Source: a virus (lineage: Duplodnaviria; Caudoviricetes). From it: a DNA stretch of 64,000 bases. The translations under genes were made by a program, and so were the position numbers. Position 1 is the stretch's first letter. Every line of letters starts with the position of its first letter. A model generated the notes under the pieces. It was not told the origin of the DNA. It was given only the letters and a program-made list of their open reading frames with translations, and did no database searches. Of this stretch, positions 1 through 9,470 are shown one piece after another. The DNA lies in IMG/VR virus record IMGVR_UViG_3300025016_000004; one strand, 5' to 3'.

Positions 1-244
1 TATAAAATACAATATGGTTATCAGCACATTTAAGTTCTTTTCCATCACTTAATTTAAGATGATATATTTCGTATGGAATTGTTTCATGTAGTGCTTCTAT
101 ATCAACCCAACCGTTAGGTGTTTCAACTTCATATTCACTTACCTGAGTTGATTTGGTGATTTTCTTCAATGAATTAAATTCATCTTTATCAAATAATAAA
201 ACATTATTACTAACCCTTTTTTTTATTTCCTCAATTCTATCCAT
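1..244 (-). CDS. C-terminal half of a split intein (IntC), presumably fused to the ClpC C-extein; runs off the window edge; not in the ORF track
   Basis: Manual translation from ATG at 244: MDRIEEIKKRVSNNVLLFDKDEFNSLKKITKSTQVSEYEVETPNGWVDIEALHETIPYEIYHLKLSDGKELKCADNHIVFY. This is a Hint-domain segment with a block B-like CADNH and no block A. Linkage to ClpC is inferred because the C-extein lies outside the window. Confidence 0.8.
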   Translation of the reverse strand, partial: MDRIEEIKKRVSNNVLLFDKDEFNSLKKITKSTQVSEYEVETPNGWVDIEALHETIPYEIYHLKLSDGKELKCADNHIVFY

Positions 245-270
245 TTATTTTTATTTTTATGTTAATAACG

Positions 271-301
271 CAAATATATAATTTATTTTTAATTAAACAA
301 A
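271..301 (-). promoter_or_regulatory. Bacteroidota-type primary-sigma promoter upstream of the IntC ORF
   Basis: Minus strand TTTG (301-298), 19 nt, TATATTTG (278-271); matches the TTTG/TAnnTTTG consensus. Confidence 0.7.
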
Positions 302-342
302 ATTATTTATACTTATTCTTTTAATTTTATTTATTAATTGAG

Positions 343-681
343 TTATATTAATTTAAGCTTCTCTTTTAATTTATTAAATTCTTTTCTACCACTAATCAAT
401 CTACATATTTTAGGTTTTATTCTAATGGTATCACCCAAATCTTCTGTTTCTATATCCAAATCTAAAATTATGTTAAACAAATCACCTAAATAATCTTTAT
501 TTATATCAACCCAAGGGTATGGTAACCCATAATTTTTATGACCCCAACAAGATGCTTCAGTACCTATCCCATTATAATTTAAAATGACAACTAATTCTCG
601 AACACCCTCATCAATCCTCATACCCAACCCATCGGTTATGATTTTCGACTTATCATCAATTTTTTTATATCTTTCATCCAT
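343..681 (-). CDS. Hypothetical protein with a TYW3-like IDxxxxxLVxxLNxxGxxTxxSCxGH motif
   Basis: IDEGVRELVVILNYNGIGTEASCWGH; family resemblance by eye only. Confidence 0.5.
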   Translation of the reverse strand: MDERYKKIDDKSKIITDGLGMRIDEGVRELVVILNYNGIGTEASCWGHKNYGLPYPWVDINKDYLGDLFNIILDLDIETEDLGDTIRIKPKICRLISGRKEFNKLKEKLKLI

Positions 682-724
682 AATTAAAATTTTTTATATT
701 CACGTACATACAATAAAGATATCT

Positions 725-1897
725 TTATTTTTTTAAGAAGTTGACACATTTATTTATTACCTCTTCTTTATTATTTTTATAATCGTATTCACTAACATGT
801 AATACTTCATAACAGGATTCTAATATCATTTTATCTCTTTTTTCTTCTCTTAATGAATTTTCTGGTGTACTTCTATGGTAATATGTTCCATCAAACTCAA
901 TAATTCTTCCAGTCGTTTTATCAAAAAAGTCAGGTAATATTACACCGTTTAACAATGATAATCGATATTCATTATTTTTACCACTATCATCTTTAACACC
1001 TTTATCATATGTTGCGAAATAAATTTCATAATTTGGTGGAAATTCTTTGGTTTCCAATATTTCCCAAAATAATTTTTGTGAAACTTTACTAAAATTATTT
1101 CTTTTATAGTTAGTTAACCATTTAATTTGTCTATCGTTAAATCGTTTTAAACCAGCTTCTTCACCGTATTTTTGAATACAAATTTCTAAGCTAAACGTTG
1201 TTTGCCGTTCAATTACTTTAACTTTAGATTGTCTATAATTAAAACCCCTTTCAATCCAATATTCAATATTTGTTGGGGTTAGTCTTTTTTCAAAATTAAC
1301 ATGTTTAGCAGCATTTATTTGGTTTTTACTGACCATATCTTTAGCATCATTTTCAGAAAACCCTTTATTAACCCAAAAATCAATATTTGCTGGTGTTAAA
1401 CAAAGACGTTTTATTTCTTCTTCACTATAACCTTTATGAGCTAACCTTTTTTTAGATTTGCCATGGCGAATTTTAACACATTTAGATGATTTTTGTTGTT
1501 GTTTAGAAATTTCATTAATTGCTTCTTCTTTAGAATAACCTTTATTAACCCAATATTCTCCACATAAACGATTTCTTTGTTTAAGTTCAAGATTTCGTTT
1601 TTCTAATTCATTCAAAGCACTGTCTTTACCCCATCCACGTTCCAAAAAATACTTTAATTCACCCCATTTTTTTGTTTTAAAACCATAGTTTTTGACTAAC
1701 CACCCACGCATCAAAGAATATGAAATAATACCATCATCTTCTTTTAATTTAACCATAAGGTTTTCCATTTCCAATTTTATGCTCTCATTCTCAAAACGTA
1801 TATTTTTATCTAATTTTAAAACGTAATTTTTAAAAGTTTCAAAATCTGGAAAAACTTCATTTACTTCTTTAACTCCTTTACTTGTTTTTATCTTCAT
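725..1897 (-). CDS. Free-standing homing endonuclease, Vsr/DUF559-like PD-(D/E)xK C-terminal domain with repeated N-terminal motifs
   Basis: C-terminal PDFFDKTTGRIIEFDGTYYH...EKRD; repeats EYWVNKGYSKEEA, DFWVNKGFSENDA, EYWIERGF, YFLERGW; lies between the split-intein halves. Confidence 0.75.
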   Translation of the reverse strand: MKIKTSKGVKEVNEVFPDFETFKNYVLKLDKNIRFENESIKLEMENLMVKLKEDDGIISYSLMRGWLVKNYGFKTKKWGELKYFLERGWGKDSALNELEKRNLELKQRNRLCGEYWVNKGYSKEEAINEISKQQQKSSKCVKIRHGKSKKRLAHKGYSEEEIKRLCLTPANIDFWVNKGFSENDAKDMVSKNQINAAKHVNFEKRLTPTNIEYWIERGFNYRQSKVKVIERQTTFSLEICIQKYGEEAGLKRFNDRQIKWLTNYKRNNFSKVSQKLFWEILETKEFPPNYEIYFATYDKGVKDDSGKNNEYRLSLLNGVILPDFFDKTTGRIIEFDGTYYHRSTPENSLREEKRDKMILESCYEVLHVSEYDYKNNKEEVINKCVNFLKK

Positions 1898-1912
1898 GAT
1901 ATCTATTTTATA

Positions 1913-1920
1913 ATAAATAT
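1913..1920 (-). promoter_or_regulatory. ATATTTAT putative phage late-promoter motif (one example; recurs at 6520, 11258, 17557, 19767, 21674 on plus and 29020, 30980, 41612, 57703, 61989 on minus)
   Basis: Same 8-mer found shortly upstream (mostly 10-25 nt) of starts of structural genes and all five free-standing HE genes. Confidence 0.6.
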
Positions 1921-1957
1921 CATGAAGTTTTAAAAAGTTCGGATTAATTGGTGTTGG

Positions 1958-4858
1958 TTAATGTTTTATTTTATCCATCAATTGGTTTATATTCATTTTT
2001 TCAATTAAATTAGTTCTTTTATTCCTTACAACTATCTCAGTATCAGCGGTAAAACATTTACCTACACCAGTTGGGCCTAAGAAGATAAATGAACCAATTG
2101 GTTTTTGACCACTTCTAATACCTAACCTACTACGTCTAATTGCTTTAGAAATCTTTTTAACGGCTTCATCTTGCCCTATAATATCTTTTTTTAAATCATC
2201 TTCAAGGGTTTTAAGGCTATTACTTTCAGTGGTTGTTAATTTAGTCAATGGTATTCCAGTCATAGTTGAAATTACTGTTTCTACCATATCTGAAGTGATA
2301 ATTGTACGTTTTTTTTCGTTTTTTGCTTCCCAATTATACATCAATTCATCAACTTTAATCTCATATTCCTTACGTCTATCTCTTAACATTGCGGCATCCT
2401 CAAAATCTTGTTTATTGATGATTTCTTTCATCTTTTCTTTGAGTTTCTGGATTTCAAGTTTTAATTCCTTAATTTCAATTGGAAGTTTGATATCAATATT
2501 GGTTGATGCACCAACTTCATCTAATATATCAATAGCTTTATCAGGCATTGCTCTATCAGAAATATACCTATCGGCCAATTTAACCATTAATTCAATAATT
2601 TCATTATCATAACTAACATTGTGATAAGTTTCGTAATTTTCTTTTATGTTTTTTAGAATCGTAACAGTTTCAAGTAAACTAGGTTCGTTAATTAATACTT
2701 GTTGAAATCTTCTGGTTAATGCACCATCCGTTTCAATATTTTCTCTAAATTCATCTAATGTTGTGGCACCAATTACTTGGATTTCACCTCTAGCCAACGC
2801 TGGTTTGAATATATTTGATGCGTCTAATGAACCTGATGCGTTACCCGCACCTACAAGTGTATGTAATTCATCAATGAAAAGGATGATATCAGGATTATCT
2901 TTTAATTCAGTTAGAATAACTTTCATTCTTTCTTCGAATTGGCCTCGATATTTAGTTCCAGCAACGATTGAAGCTAGGTCTAGTGCGTAAATCTTTTTAC
3001 CTAATAAGGGTTTTGGCGCATCACCTGAGTTTATCAATAGGGCTAACCCTTCAACTATTGATGTGTTATGTGTTACAATATAATTATCTGTAATATATAA
3101 ATGATAATCATCTTCAACCATTATACATTTAGACTCCTTTCGTCCAATTAACTCTATTTTAACAATATTATTCTTAAGTGTTTTAGAATATTGATAATTA
3201 CTTGATACCTTTTCTTTTTTTCTCTTTAATAAAAATAAATTTTTTGGTGAATGGTATCTAATAGTTAAAATATATGACACTTGACCTAATTTTTTAACAC
3301 CTTTATATGTATAAGAAGTTTGTTTATCGCTTATTTTTGCTATACCACCAATAGACCAAATTAATTCTTGTATGTCTTTAATTAATTGGTAACTAGCACT
3401 TGAATATTGTAATGTACCACTATTGGTTACAGTCCCATAAGAATCCATTAAACCTTGTATGAGAGATATTTTTTGGGATAATGAACCGTTTTTATATTTT
3501 TCTGGGATAAATTTATTATTGGCTTTAGTTTCAGTTAAGTTCAATAAATCAGTCTCCCCCAATAATGGGTGTATTCTATCATTTTTATAATATCTAGTTC
3601 TATCTTCAATTAATTTATCTTCGGATAAATTAATTCTAAACGTATTTGTTTTTATCCCATCACCATTTATATTTAATTTATAATCTGACCCAATTAATTC
3701 CTCAACAGTTTCAGGTATTTCAATATCATCAGTGGTAAGTGAAAGTTCGTATTTACCAAAATGACCATCACCTAATAATAACCCCATTAAATAAGGGTCA
3801 ATAATATAATCTAAATCTTTACCCCTATTTATATTTTCAGACACCAAAGGTAATTTTAACCTATAATTAGTATTTTCAATTTTATTTTTAATATCAACTG
3901 TATTAAGAATAGACCAAGATTTTTTTCTTTCTTTACCTACTGGCATACCATAAACTTTCCATAAATGCTCACCACAAGCTTCAGTGCTTCTGCCATCTTT
4001 AAATGTCATTCTATAAATATCCTTTACGCCTTGTGGGTAAACCCCAATTATTTTAGTAGTTTTACCTTCTGGAGTTAACACAAAATCACCGACACTTATT
4101 TCACCCATAGTTGTCCAACCATTAGGTGTTAATATTTTAGCGTCAAGTGGTTGGGCTTTACCAACGCCAGGTTCGCCAATCAATACAGGGTTGTTCTTTT
4201 TACGTCTTGCTAAGATTGCTGTAACCCTTTTAATTTCATTTTCACGCCCAACTACAGGGTCTATTTTATTTTCAGTTGCATTTTTTGATATATCTATACA
4301 GAATCCATCCAATGCTGGCGTTTTAGACGAAGCTTCAATTGTTGGTCCTCTTCGTTTTTTAGGGTTTAAAGGAGAATTTTCAAAATCCTCATGTGGAATA
4401 TTTGCTTCATTGGTAGGTTCATTCATATCTGACATAAGTTTCGTTTTAAATATTTTATAATTTAGGTTAAGTTTTATTAACATTTTTTGTGCCATACATT
4501 TGGTTCTTAATAACGCTAACATAATATGTGCCTCATTAAGTACAGAATCTTTCATCCTATCACGTTCTCTTTGCATTTCTTCAACTATAAATTTAGTTTC
4601 AGGGCTAGGCAATATTTCATTACTTGATGAGTATGCTCGATTATTATTTATAATACTATTGGTTAAGTGGGTGCTTAACTCTTCGAACAATCCATCAACA
4701 TCAAAATGTAATTTACGAAGAACGGAAACAACCACATTATGGTCATGCAGAATGATAGACATAAGGATATGTTCGGGCCTAAATTTATTATCTTCATAAT
4801 CTTTAGCCTGATATATCGCTTGTTGCATCAACTCCTTGGCTGTTTTGGTCATCTCCAT
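1958..4858 (-). CDS. clpC: ClpC/ClpB-family AAA+ chaperone, N-terminal part: Clp-N, NBD1 with cis intein, UVR-like middle domain, start of NBD2, then IntN
   Basis: [75 protein letters not shown]. The ORF stops 32 aa after the second Walker A. Confidence 0.92.
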   Translation of the reverse strand: MEMTKTAKELMQQAIYQAKDYEDNKFRPEHILMSIILHDHNVVVSVLRKLHFDVDGLFEELSTHLTNSIINNNRAYSSSNEILPSPETKFIVEEMQRERDRMKDSVLNEAHIMLALLRTKCMAQKMLIKLNLNYKIFKTKLMSDMNEPTNEANIPHEDFENSPLNPKKRRGPTIEASSKTPALDGFCIDISKNATENKIDPVVGRENEIKRVTAILARRKKNNPVLIGEPGVGKAQPLDAKILTPNGWTTMGEISVGDFVLTPEGKTTKIIGVYPQGVKDIYRMTFKDGRSTEACGEHLWKVYGMPVGKERKKSWSILNTVDIKNKIENTNYRLKLPLVSENINRGKDLDYIIDPYLMGLLLGDGHFGKYELSLTTDDIEIPETVEELIGSDYKLNINGDGIKTNTFRINLSEDKLIEDRTRYYKNDRIHPLLGETDLLNLTETKANNKFIPEKYKNGSLSQKISLIQGLMDSYGTVTNSGTLQYSSASYQLIKDIQELIWSIGGIAKISDKQTSYTYKGVKKLGQVSYILTIRYHSPKNLFLLKRKKEKVSSNYQYSKTLKNNIVKIELIGRKESKCIMVEDDYHLYITDNYIVTHNTSIVEGLALLINSGDAPKPLLGKKIYALDLASIVAGTKYRGQFEERMKVILTELKDNPDIILFIDELHTLVGAGNASGSLDASNIFKPALARGEIQVIGATTLDEFRENIETDGALTRRFQQVLINEPSLLETVTILKNIKENYETYHNVSYDNEIIELMVKLADRYISDRAMPDKAIDILDEVGASTNIDIKLPIEIKELKLEIQKLKEKMKEIINKQDFEDAAMLRDRRKEYEIKVDELMYNWEAKNEKKRTIITSDMVETVISTMTGIPLTKLTTTESNSLKTLEDDLKKDIIGQDEAVKKISKAIRRSRLGIRSGQKPIGSFIFLGPTGVGKCFTADTEIVVRNKRTNLIEKMNINQLMDKIKH
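1961..2056 (-). mobile_element. N-terminal half of a split intein (IntN, 32 aa)
   Basis: [32 protein letters not shown]-stop directly after GPTGVGK; block A with Cys1. Confidence 0.85.
3065..4156 (-). mobile_element. Class-3 (Ala1) intein with LAGLIDADG domain in the ClpC NBD1 Walker A, 364 aa
   Basis: GEPGVGK|[14 protein letters not shown]...CGEHLW...KCIMV...IVTHN|TSIVEG. The WCT triplet is present. LAGLIDADG motifs GLLLGDG and GLMDSYG. Confidence 0.9.
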
Positions 4859-4882
4859 AGAATAATTAGTTTAATTTTTATA

Positions 4883-4912
4883 CAAAGATACTAAAAAATT
4901 TTCAATAAACAA
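4883..4912 (-). promoter_or_regulatory. Bacteroidota-type promoter for clpC
   Basis: TTG (4912-4910), 19 nt, TATCTTTG (4890-4883). A divergent plus-strand variant TTG-N20-TATAATTG lies at 4914-4944. Confidence 0.65.
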
Positions 4913-4970
4913 GTTGTTTTTTTATATTTTTTGTAGTATAATTGCGTAATAAAGTAAAACACAATTAATT

Positions 4971-5399
4971 ATGTTATTAAAAAGAATTGTAAATGGTGAT
5001 ATTGTAAAAGGAATTTACAAGTCATCGAACATTTTGGTTTCAGAATATAACCAAGCAAACAATGATTTAATCGTAGTCTTTAAATACGGTGGTAAGTATA
5101 AATACAACAATGTACCTAAAACTGATTTCACCAGATTTGAAATGGCTGATAGTCAAGGTGAAGTCTTAAATTCACATATCAAAAAATACACATTTGAAAA
5201 TTTAGGTAAAGTTGATACTAAGCTACTTCTTGAAAGTGTTCAAGAGGCTGTGAAAGAAAATCTAAAAGATTATCAAGGTGTTATTATTTCTGCAATGAAA
5301 GGGATGACAACTGATTGGGATGGTTCAATCTTCGATGATGATAAACTTACGAAAGTAAAAGAATTTATTAAACTTTATGATGATAAAAAAGCTGAATAG
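4971..5399 (+). CDS. KTSC-domain protein
   Basis: SSNILVSEYNQANNDLIVVFKYGGKYKYNNVP...ADSQGEVLNSHIK matches the KTSC pattern. Confidence 0.75.
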   Translation: MLLKRIVNGDIVKGIYKSSNILVSEYNQANNDLIVVFKYGGKYKYNNVPKTDFTRFEMADSQGEVLNSHIKKYTFENLGKVDTKLLLESVQEAVKENLKDYQGVIISAMKGMTTDWDGSIFDDDKLTKVKEFIKLYDDKKAE

Positions 5400-5787
5400 T
5401 TGGCATTGCCAATATCTTAAAGACGAATTTATGTACTATCTAACAGAGTCTGACCCTGAAGATGGTATTATTTGTGAACATTTTTTTAATACATTTAGTG
5501 AACTTGAAATGTTTGTTATTAAGAATCGAATTCCAGTGTTTCTACCTGAGAATGTGAATGTTGGTGATATTGAGCATGAACACGAATTCTATCTTGGGCA
5601 ACAAGGTCTTACTGTTTTTGAATTTAAGTCACTTGTGAGTATGTATGAGGGAGACCTTAAAGGGAAAATGTTTAAGGCTCAATATAAAATGACCTTGGAG
5701 TTTATACGGTATGCCTCAGAAGAGGCATTGGGTGCCATGTTAAAGCAAATGTTAACTGATTTAGATAATCATATTAAAAAGAAATAA
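5377..5787 (+). CDS. Hypothetical protein
   Basis: ORF on the coding strand overlapping its neighbours; no motif recognised. Confidence 0.55.
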   Translation: MMIKKLNSWHCQYLKDEFMYYLTESDPEDGIICEHFFNTFSELEMFVIKNRIPVFLPENVNVGDIEHEHEFYLGQQGLTVFEFKSLVSMYEGDLKGKMFKAQYKMTLEFIRYASEEALGAMLKQMLTDLDNHIKKK

Positions 5788-5790
5788 ATT

Positions 5791-6084
5791 ATGGGCAAAA
5801 TACCTGAAATTAATATTATTTTAAAGGAAATGATGGTTAAAGGGGGTGATGTTGTTTTTACAAATAAAAGTTTTTACGATAGGACTAATTTATTTGGTAA
5901 ATTAAAAATGATTTGGCGTTGGTATTGGACTGAAAGTGAAACTAAACCTTGGTTAGCTTATCTTAATACAAGAATTAAAATAAAATGGGAACCAGAATTA
6001 GCTCAAGATTTAAATGTGTTTCATAATCCTGACGCTGAATCTGAATTAATTCAATTATTAGAGAAAGAAATAATAGATGGGTAG
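5791..6084 (+). CDS. Small protein ending in a copy of a major-capsid-protein segment
   Basis: WEPELAQDLNVFHNPDAESEL versus the window's MCP WSPELAQDVSAFHNIDAEAEL (15/21 identical). Confidence 0.7.
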   Translation: MGKIPEINIILKEMMVKGGDVVFTNKSFYDRTNLFGKLKMIWRWYWTESETKPWLAYLNTRIKIKWEPELAQDLNVFHNPDAESELIQLLEKEIIDG

Positions 6085-6443
6085 TTAACTTCATTGATGA
6101 TTATAAGGGTATTCAACCATACGCTGTTAAAACTGTAACCAAATCTAAATTAATTGATGGTTCTTGGTCTAATATTATAATTACTCTTTATGACCTTATT
6201 GGCCCATCAACGACTCAAGCATTAATGGATGGTATTCGTTCTGAATGGCAAATTAATTATAGAGAAATTCCACACATCAAATATAAATTAAATATGCTTG
6301 ACCCAACAGGCGCGGTTGTAGAAGAATGGTTAATTACTGGTAAATTAAAAGAAGTTGATTTTGGAGATTTAGATTATGTTAATACTGAAATTACAGAAAT
6401 TAAACTTTTAATTGAACCTATTAGTGTTATTTTAAATTATTAA
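6045..6443 (+). CDS. T4 gp19-like tail tube paralog; reading frame open from 6045, first ATG only at 6225
   Basis: NRWVVNF...WSNIIITLYDLIGPSTTQALMDGIR...LNMLDPTGAVVEEWLITG...DFGDLDY resembles gp19-like tube proteins. Confidence 0.6.
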   Translation: MNSIIRERNNRWVVNFIDDYKGIQPYAVKTVTKSKLIDGSWSNIIITLYDLIGPSTTQALMDGIRSEWQINYREIPHIKYKLNMLDPTGAVVEEWLITGKLKEVDFGDLDYVNTEITEIKLLIEPISVILNY

Positions 6444-6544
6444 TAATTTAAAAAAATAATTAAAAAATAATGGCCTGACTTTAAAATTACTATAAAAAGG
6501 GTTTTTTGTAAGTTTTTCTATATTTATATATAAAAAGATTTTGT

Positions 6545-6775
6545 ATGAATATAATGAATAATGTGATACACCCATCAGCTAGTGCTGATTTCACTGGTTA
6601 CACATATACGAAGGTATATGCTGGTGCTATTGCAACTCCAACAATTAATGGTACTTCAGTAGCAATGGCCGCTGGACATACCATTGATATTCTTGTACAA
6701 TCTATTTCTGGTACAGCTAATGTATATGTATTAGGGTATAAAAAAATTATAGCACCTTCGGTGATAAACGGATAA
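6545..6775 (+). CDS. Small hypothetical protein, possibly virion-associated
   Basis: Preceded by ATATTTAT motif (6520-6527); rich in Ala/Thr/Gly. Confidence 0.55.
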   Translation: MNIMNNVIHPSASADFTGYTYTKVYAGAIATPTINGTSVAMAAGHTIDILVQSISGTANVYVLGYKKIIAPSVING

Positions 6776-6794
6776 AATAAATTAACAGTTAAAA

Positions 6795-7514
6795 ATGGAA
6801 AAGAATAATAATATTAGACCAGTTGGTTTAAAAGGAAATGACCAAGTAAACAGGATGCGTTCATTAATGGGAATGACACCTATTCATGAAAATACAAAAA
6901 CTTCAGTTGTTGAACTAACTAAAATGGGTCCTGATGGTATGGTTTATGGTATCGTTAGAGAAAACCATAAATATTTTATTAAAATAACTAATAAAAAACA
7001 AAATTTAGTTGCTGAAGATTTTATGTACATCGGTGGTTTGAAAAACAAAACCGAAAAAGCATATGATAGCTATTCTCAAGCTACTAAACAATTAAATCTT
7101 AAATTTTTAAGTCTTAATGAAGCTTTGGGTAAAACTGAACAAATCAATGTCTTAAAAAATGATAATTTATTAGCTGAACAATTTGATGCTTATCCTGAAA
7201 GCCCAAAAGGAAGTCAACCAGACAAACCATTAGGAACCGTTAAAGAAATGGGGAAAAATGATGGTCATGAAAAAGAAATTATTGGTGATGAAGGTGAAGA
7301 AGGAAACCCTGATGTTGACACTCCACCTGTTGTAGAAGAAGATGAAGAAATCACTGAAGAAGATGGTGTTGAATTAACTGAATCTGAAAAAGCTATCGAT
7401 AATATTATTCGTGAGTTAAGGGGTGATGTATTAACCGAAAACCAAAAACTTAGTATTTCTACAGCGATTAAAAAAATCCAAGAAGGCGAACAAAGCTCAA
7501 AAAAAAAAGTATAG
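6795..7514 (+). CDS. Putative internal head protein; ends at an A10 run (candidate -1 frameshift)
   Basis: Acidic; LNE/LAE/LTE motifs; ends TCA AAA AAA AAA GTA TAG. Confidence 0.65.
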   Translation: MEKNNNIRPVGLKGNDQVNRMRSLMGMTPIHENTKTSVVELTKMGPDGMVYGIVRENHKYFIKITNKKQNLVAEDFMYIGGLKNKTEKAYDSYSQATKQLNLKFLSLNEALGKTEQINVLKNDNLLAEQFDAYPESPKGSQPDKPLGTVKEMGKNDGHEKEIIGDEGEEGNPDVDTPPVVEEDEEITEEDGVELTESEKAIDNIIRELRGDVLTENQKLSISTAIKKIQEGEQSSKKKV

Positions 7515-9052
7515 TTGAACTTGATAATATTTCAGGTCAAGAAAATATAGGATACCATGATAGACTAAATAAAGTCTATGGTGATATCCCTAATATTATT
7601 GGTTTACATTTTGGTGAGAAGTCAAAAGAATTAACTGGTAAACTACACACAGCTGTTAATAACAGCGATTTCCAAGGTCAAAATAATGTTAGTTGGAGCG
7701 TAAATTATGAAGATGGTTTAATCCTTCGTGGTTATTACGGTAAAAATGGTCGTACTATTAGTGTATGGGCTAAATACTATTCATTCAGTATGGAAAGTGC
7801 TATTGAAGTTTGTAAATTAATTGGTAAATTAATTGGGATGTGGGGTATGGATGCTTCAGAAATCAATTCTCACGTTTCAGAAATAGTAAAAGCTTTAACA
7901 GGTGAGTATAACACTGACCTAGATGTTATTTTAGAGTCAAAAAAATTAGCTGAAACCAAATTTAAACTTAAATTAGATAACCCATCACCTGAGCCACAAG
8001 CTCCAGATATGGGTACTCCAGCTTCAGGTGATGAATTCGGTGGCGATATTCCAAGTGAAGAACCTATGGATGGTGGTTTTGGTGGTGAAGAAACACCTTC
8101 AAGTGAAAAGCCATTTGATGATGAGCCATTCGATGCTGGCGTTGAGGCTGATGAAGATGCAAGTCCAGAAAAATACATACAACAATTATCAGGTAAATTA
8201 GGTCAAAGCTTAAGAAAATACACTGAAGATATGGGCGCACCTGACTATGATTTAGAAAAATTCGCAATCAATTCTGTATTGTCCGCAACCAACTCTGGTG
8301 AAATGGACCAAGAAGACCAATCAGACATCATACAAAAAGTCAAATCATCAACTACTGATGGGACTGGTAAGAAAAATGACGAGCCAGAAACAGCTGATGA
8401 CGGAACTAATGACGAAGCTAATGGTGATGAAGAAGGTTTAGATTTAAGTGGAATCGACATGGAAGAAAGCCATAATTCAAATGCCAATAAAAAAACTGTA
8501 TTTCAAGACCCTACTTTAGGTGTTAAAGATGATGGAATGGAAGAAAATAAGTATTTAAACTTGGAAAATATTAAAAAAAGTAGTAACATTGTAGATAAAC
8601 AAATAATTAAGAAAATGCTTAAAGAAAGTCTAACTACAATTGAGCCACAGGTTAAGCCACAGGTTAAGCCAAGTGTTGCTCCTACTAGAAGAGCTAAACC
8701 TTATAGAATCATTCCTGAACAATTGCCTGACCCAAAGCCAAAAGCTGAAAAAAAAAAGGGTGATGCGACATTCATAAAAGATTCTGGGTTTTCAGAAGAT
8801 GGAAATTCGGTAACTATTAAATTTGATGTTGAAGGTCAACCAAATAGATTTGTCGCTAATTTTATCAATTCTGGCGAAGTGTTGGAGAAACCTAAAGCTT
8901 ATGATGAACCGTATGTTTACGCATACGAAACAGAGAATATAATGCCTAATGGTAAACAATATTATGTAGAAATAGCTAAATTTGGCCATCAAGAAAATCC
9001 TGATGCCCCAATATTTATTGATGGTGATATTCCTGTAATACACGAAGTTTAA
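7472..9052 (+). CDS. Putative internal head protein; frame open from 7472 but first ATG at 7790, so likely the -1 extension of the upstream ORF
   Basis: 106 sense codons with no ATG/GTG/TTG before 7790; acidic Pro/Gly-rich body; PDPKPKA motif. Confidence 0.6.
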   Translation, partial: KNPRRRTKLKKKSIVELDNISGQENIGYHDRLNKVYGDIPNIIGLHFGEKSKELTGKLHTAVNNSDFQGQNNVSWSVNYEDGLILRGYYGKNGRTISVWAKYYSFSMESAIEVCKLIGKLIGMWGMDASEINSHVSEIVKALTGEYNTDLDVILESKKLAETKFKLKLDNPSPEPQAPDMGTPASGDEFGGDIPSEEPMDGGFGGEETPSSEKPFDDEPFDAGVEADEDASPEKYIQQLSGKLGQSLRKYTEDMGAPDYDLEKFAINSVLSATNSGEMDQEDQSDIIQKVKSSTTDGTGKKNDEPETADDGTNDEANGDEEGLDLSGIDMEESHNSNANKKTVFQDPTLGVKDDGMEENKYLNLENIKKSSNIVDKQIIKKMLKESLTTIEPQVKPQVKPSVAPTRRAKPYRIIPEQLPDPKPKAEKKKGDATFIKDSGFSEDGNSVTIKFDVEGQPNRFVANFINSGEVLEKPKAYDEPYVYAYETENIMPNGKQYYVEIAKFGHQENPDAPIFIDGDIPVIHEV

Positions 9053-9053
9053 G

Positions 9054-9470
9054 ATGAATGAGTTATATTTAATATATGTACATGAGATTGGATTCGACCA
9101 TGAAGATAAATACTTCTATGAATTCATTTTTAGTGACAGTATAGAAAATATTGATGCTGAAGGGTGGGACTCTTATCCAGCATCAGGAAATCCTAGCGCA
9201 CCTACGGGTGACTTGGTTAAAGAAGTTGGTAAAATAGAACTTGATGGAAATTTAATTGTTGCACAAAACAATGAACAATTTTCAATGTGGGATGCTACCG
9301 ATGGAATTATACCTTTAGCTTGGGAAAATATAGATGGTATGGAAGAATACCCAGAAAAAAGATTAGTATTTCCTTTTGGGATATCATTGACAGCCGTTAA
9401 TGATATATTATATGAAAGGGATATCAGAATAACATTTAAAAAAGGATTAAAAAATGTCAAACAAAAGTAA
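9054..9470 (+). CDS. Hypothetical protein in head module
   Basis: Tightly packed ORF; WDATDGIIPLAWE motif; function unknown. Confidence 0.6.
   Translation: MNELYLIYVHEIGFDHEDKYFYEFIFSDSIENIDAEGWDSYPASGNPSAPTGDLVKEVGKIELDGNLIVAQNNEQFSMWDATDGIIPLAWENIDGMEEYPEKRLVFPFGISLTAVNDILYERDIRITFKKGLKNVKQK

Noticed and set aside
8642-8670. Short tandem repeat encoding PQVKPQVKPS
   Set aside because: Ordinary low-complexity linker.
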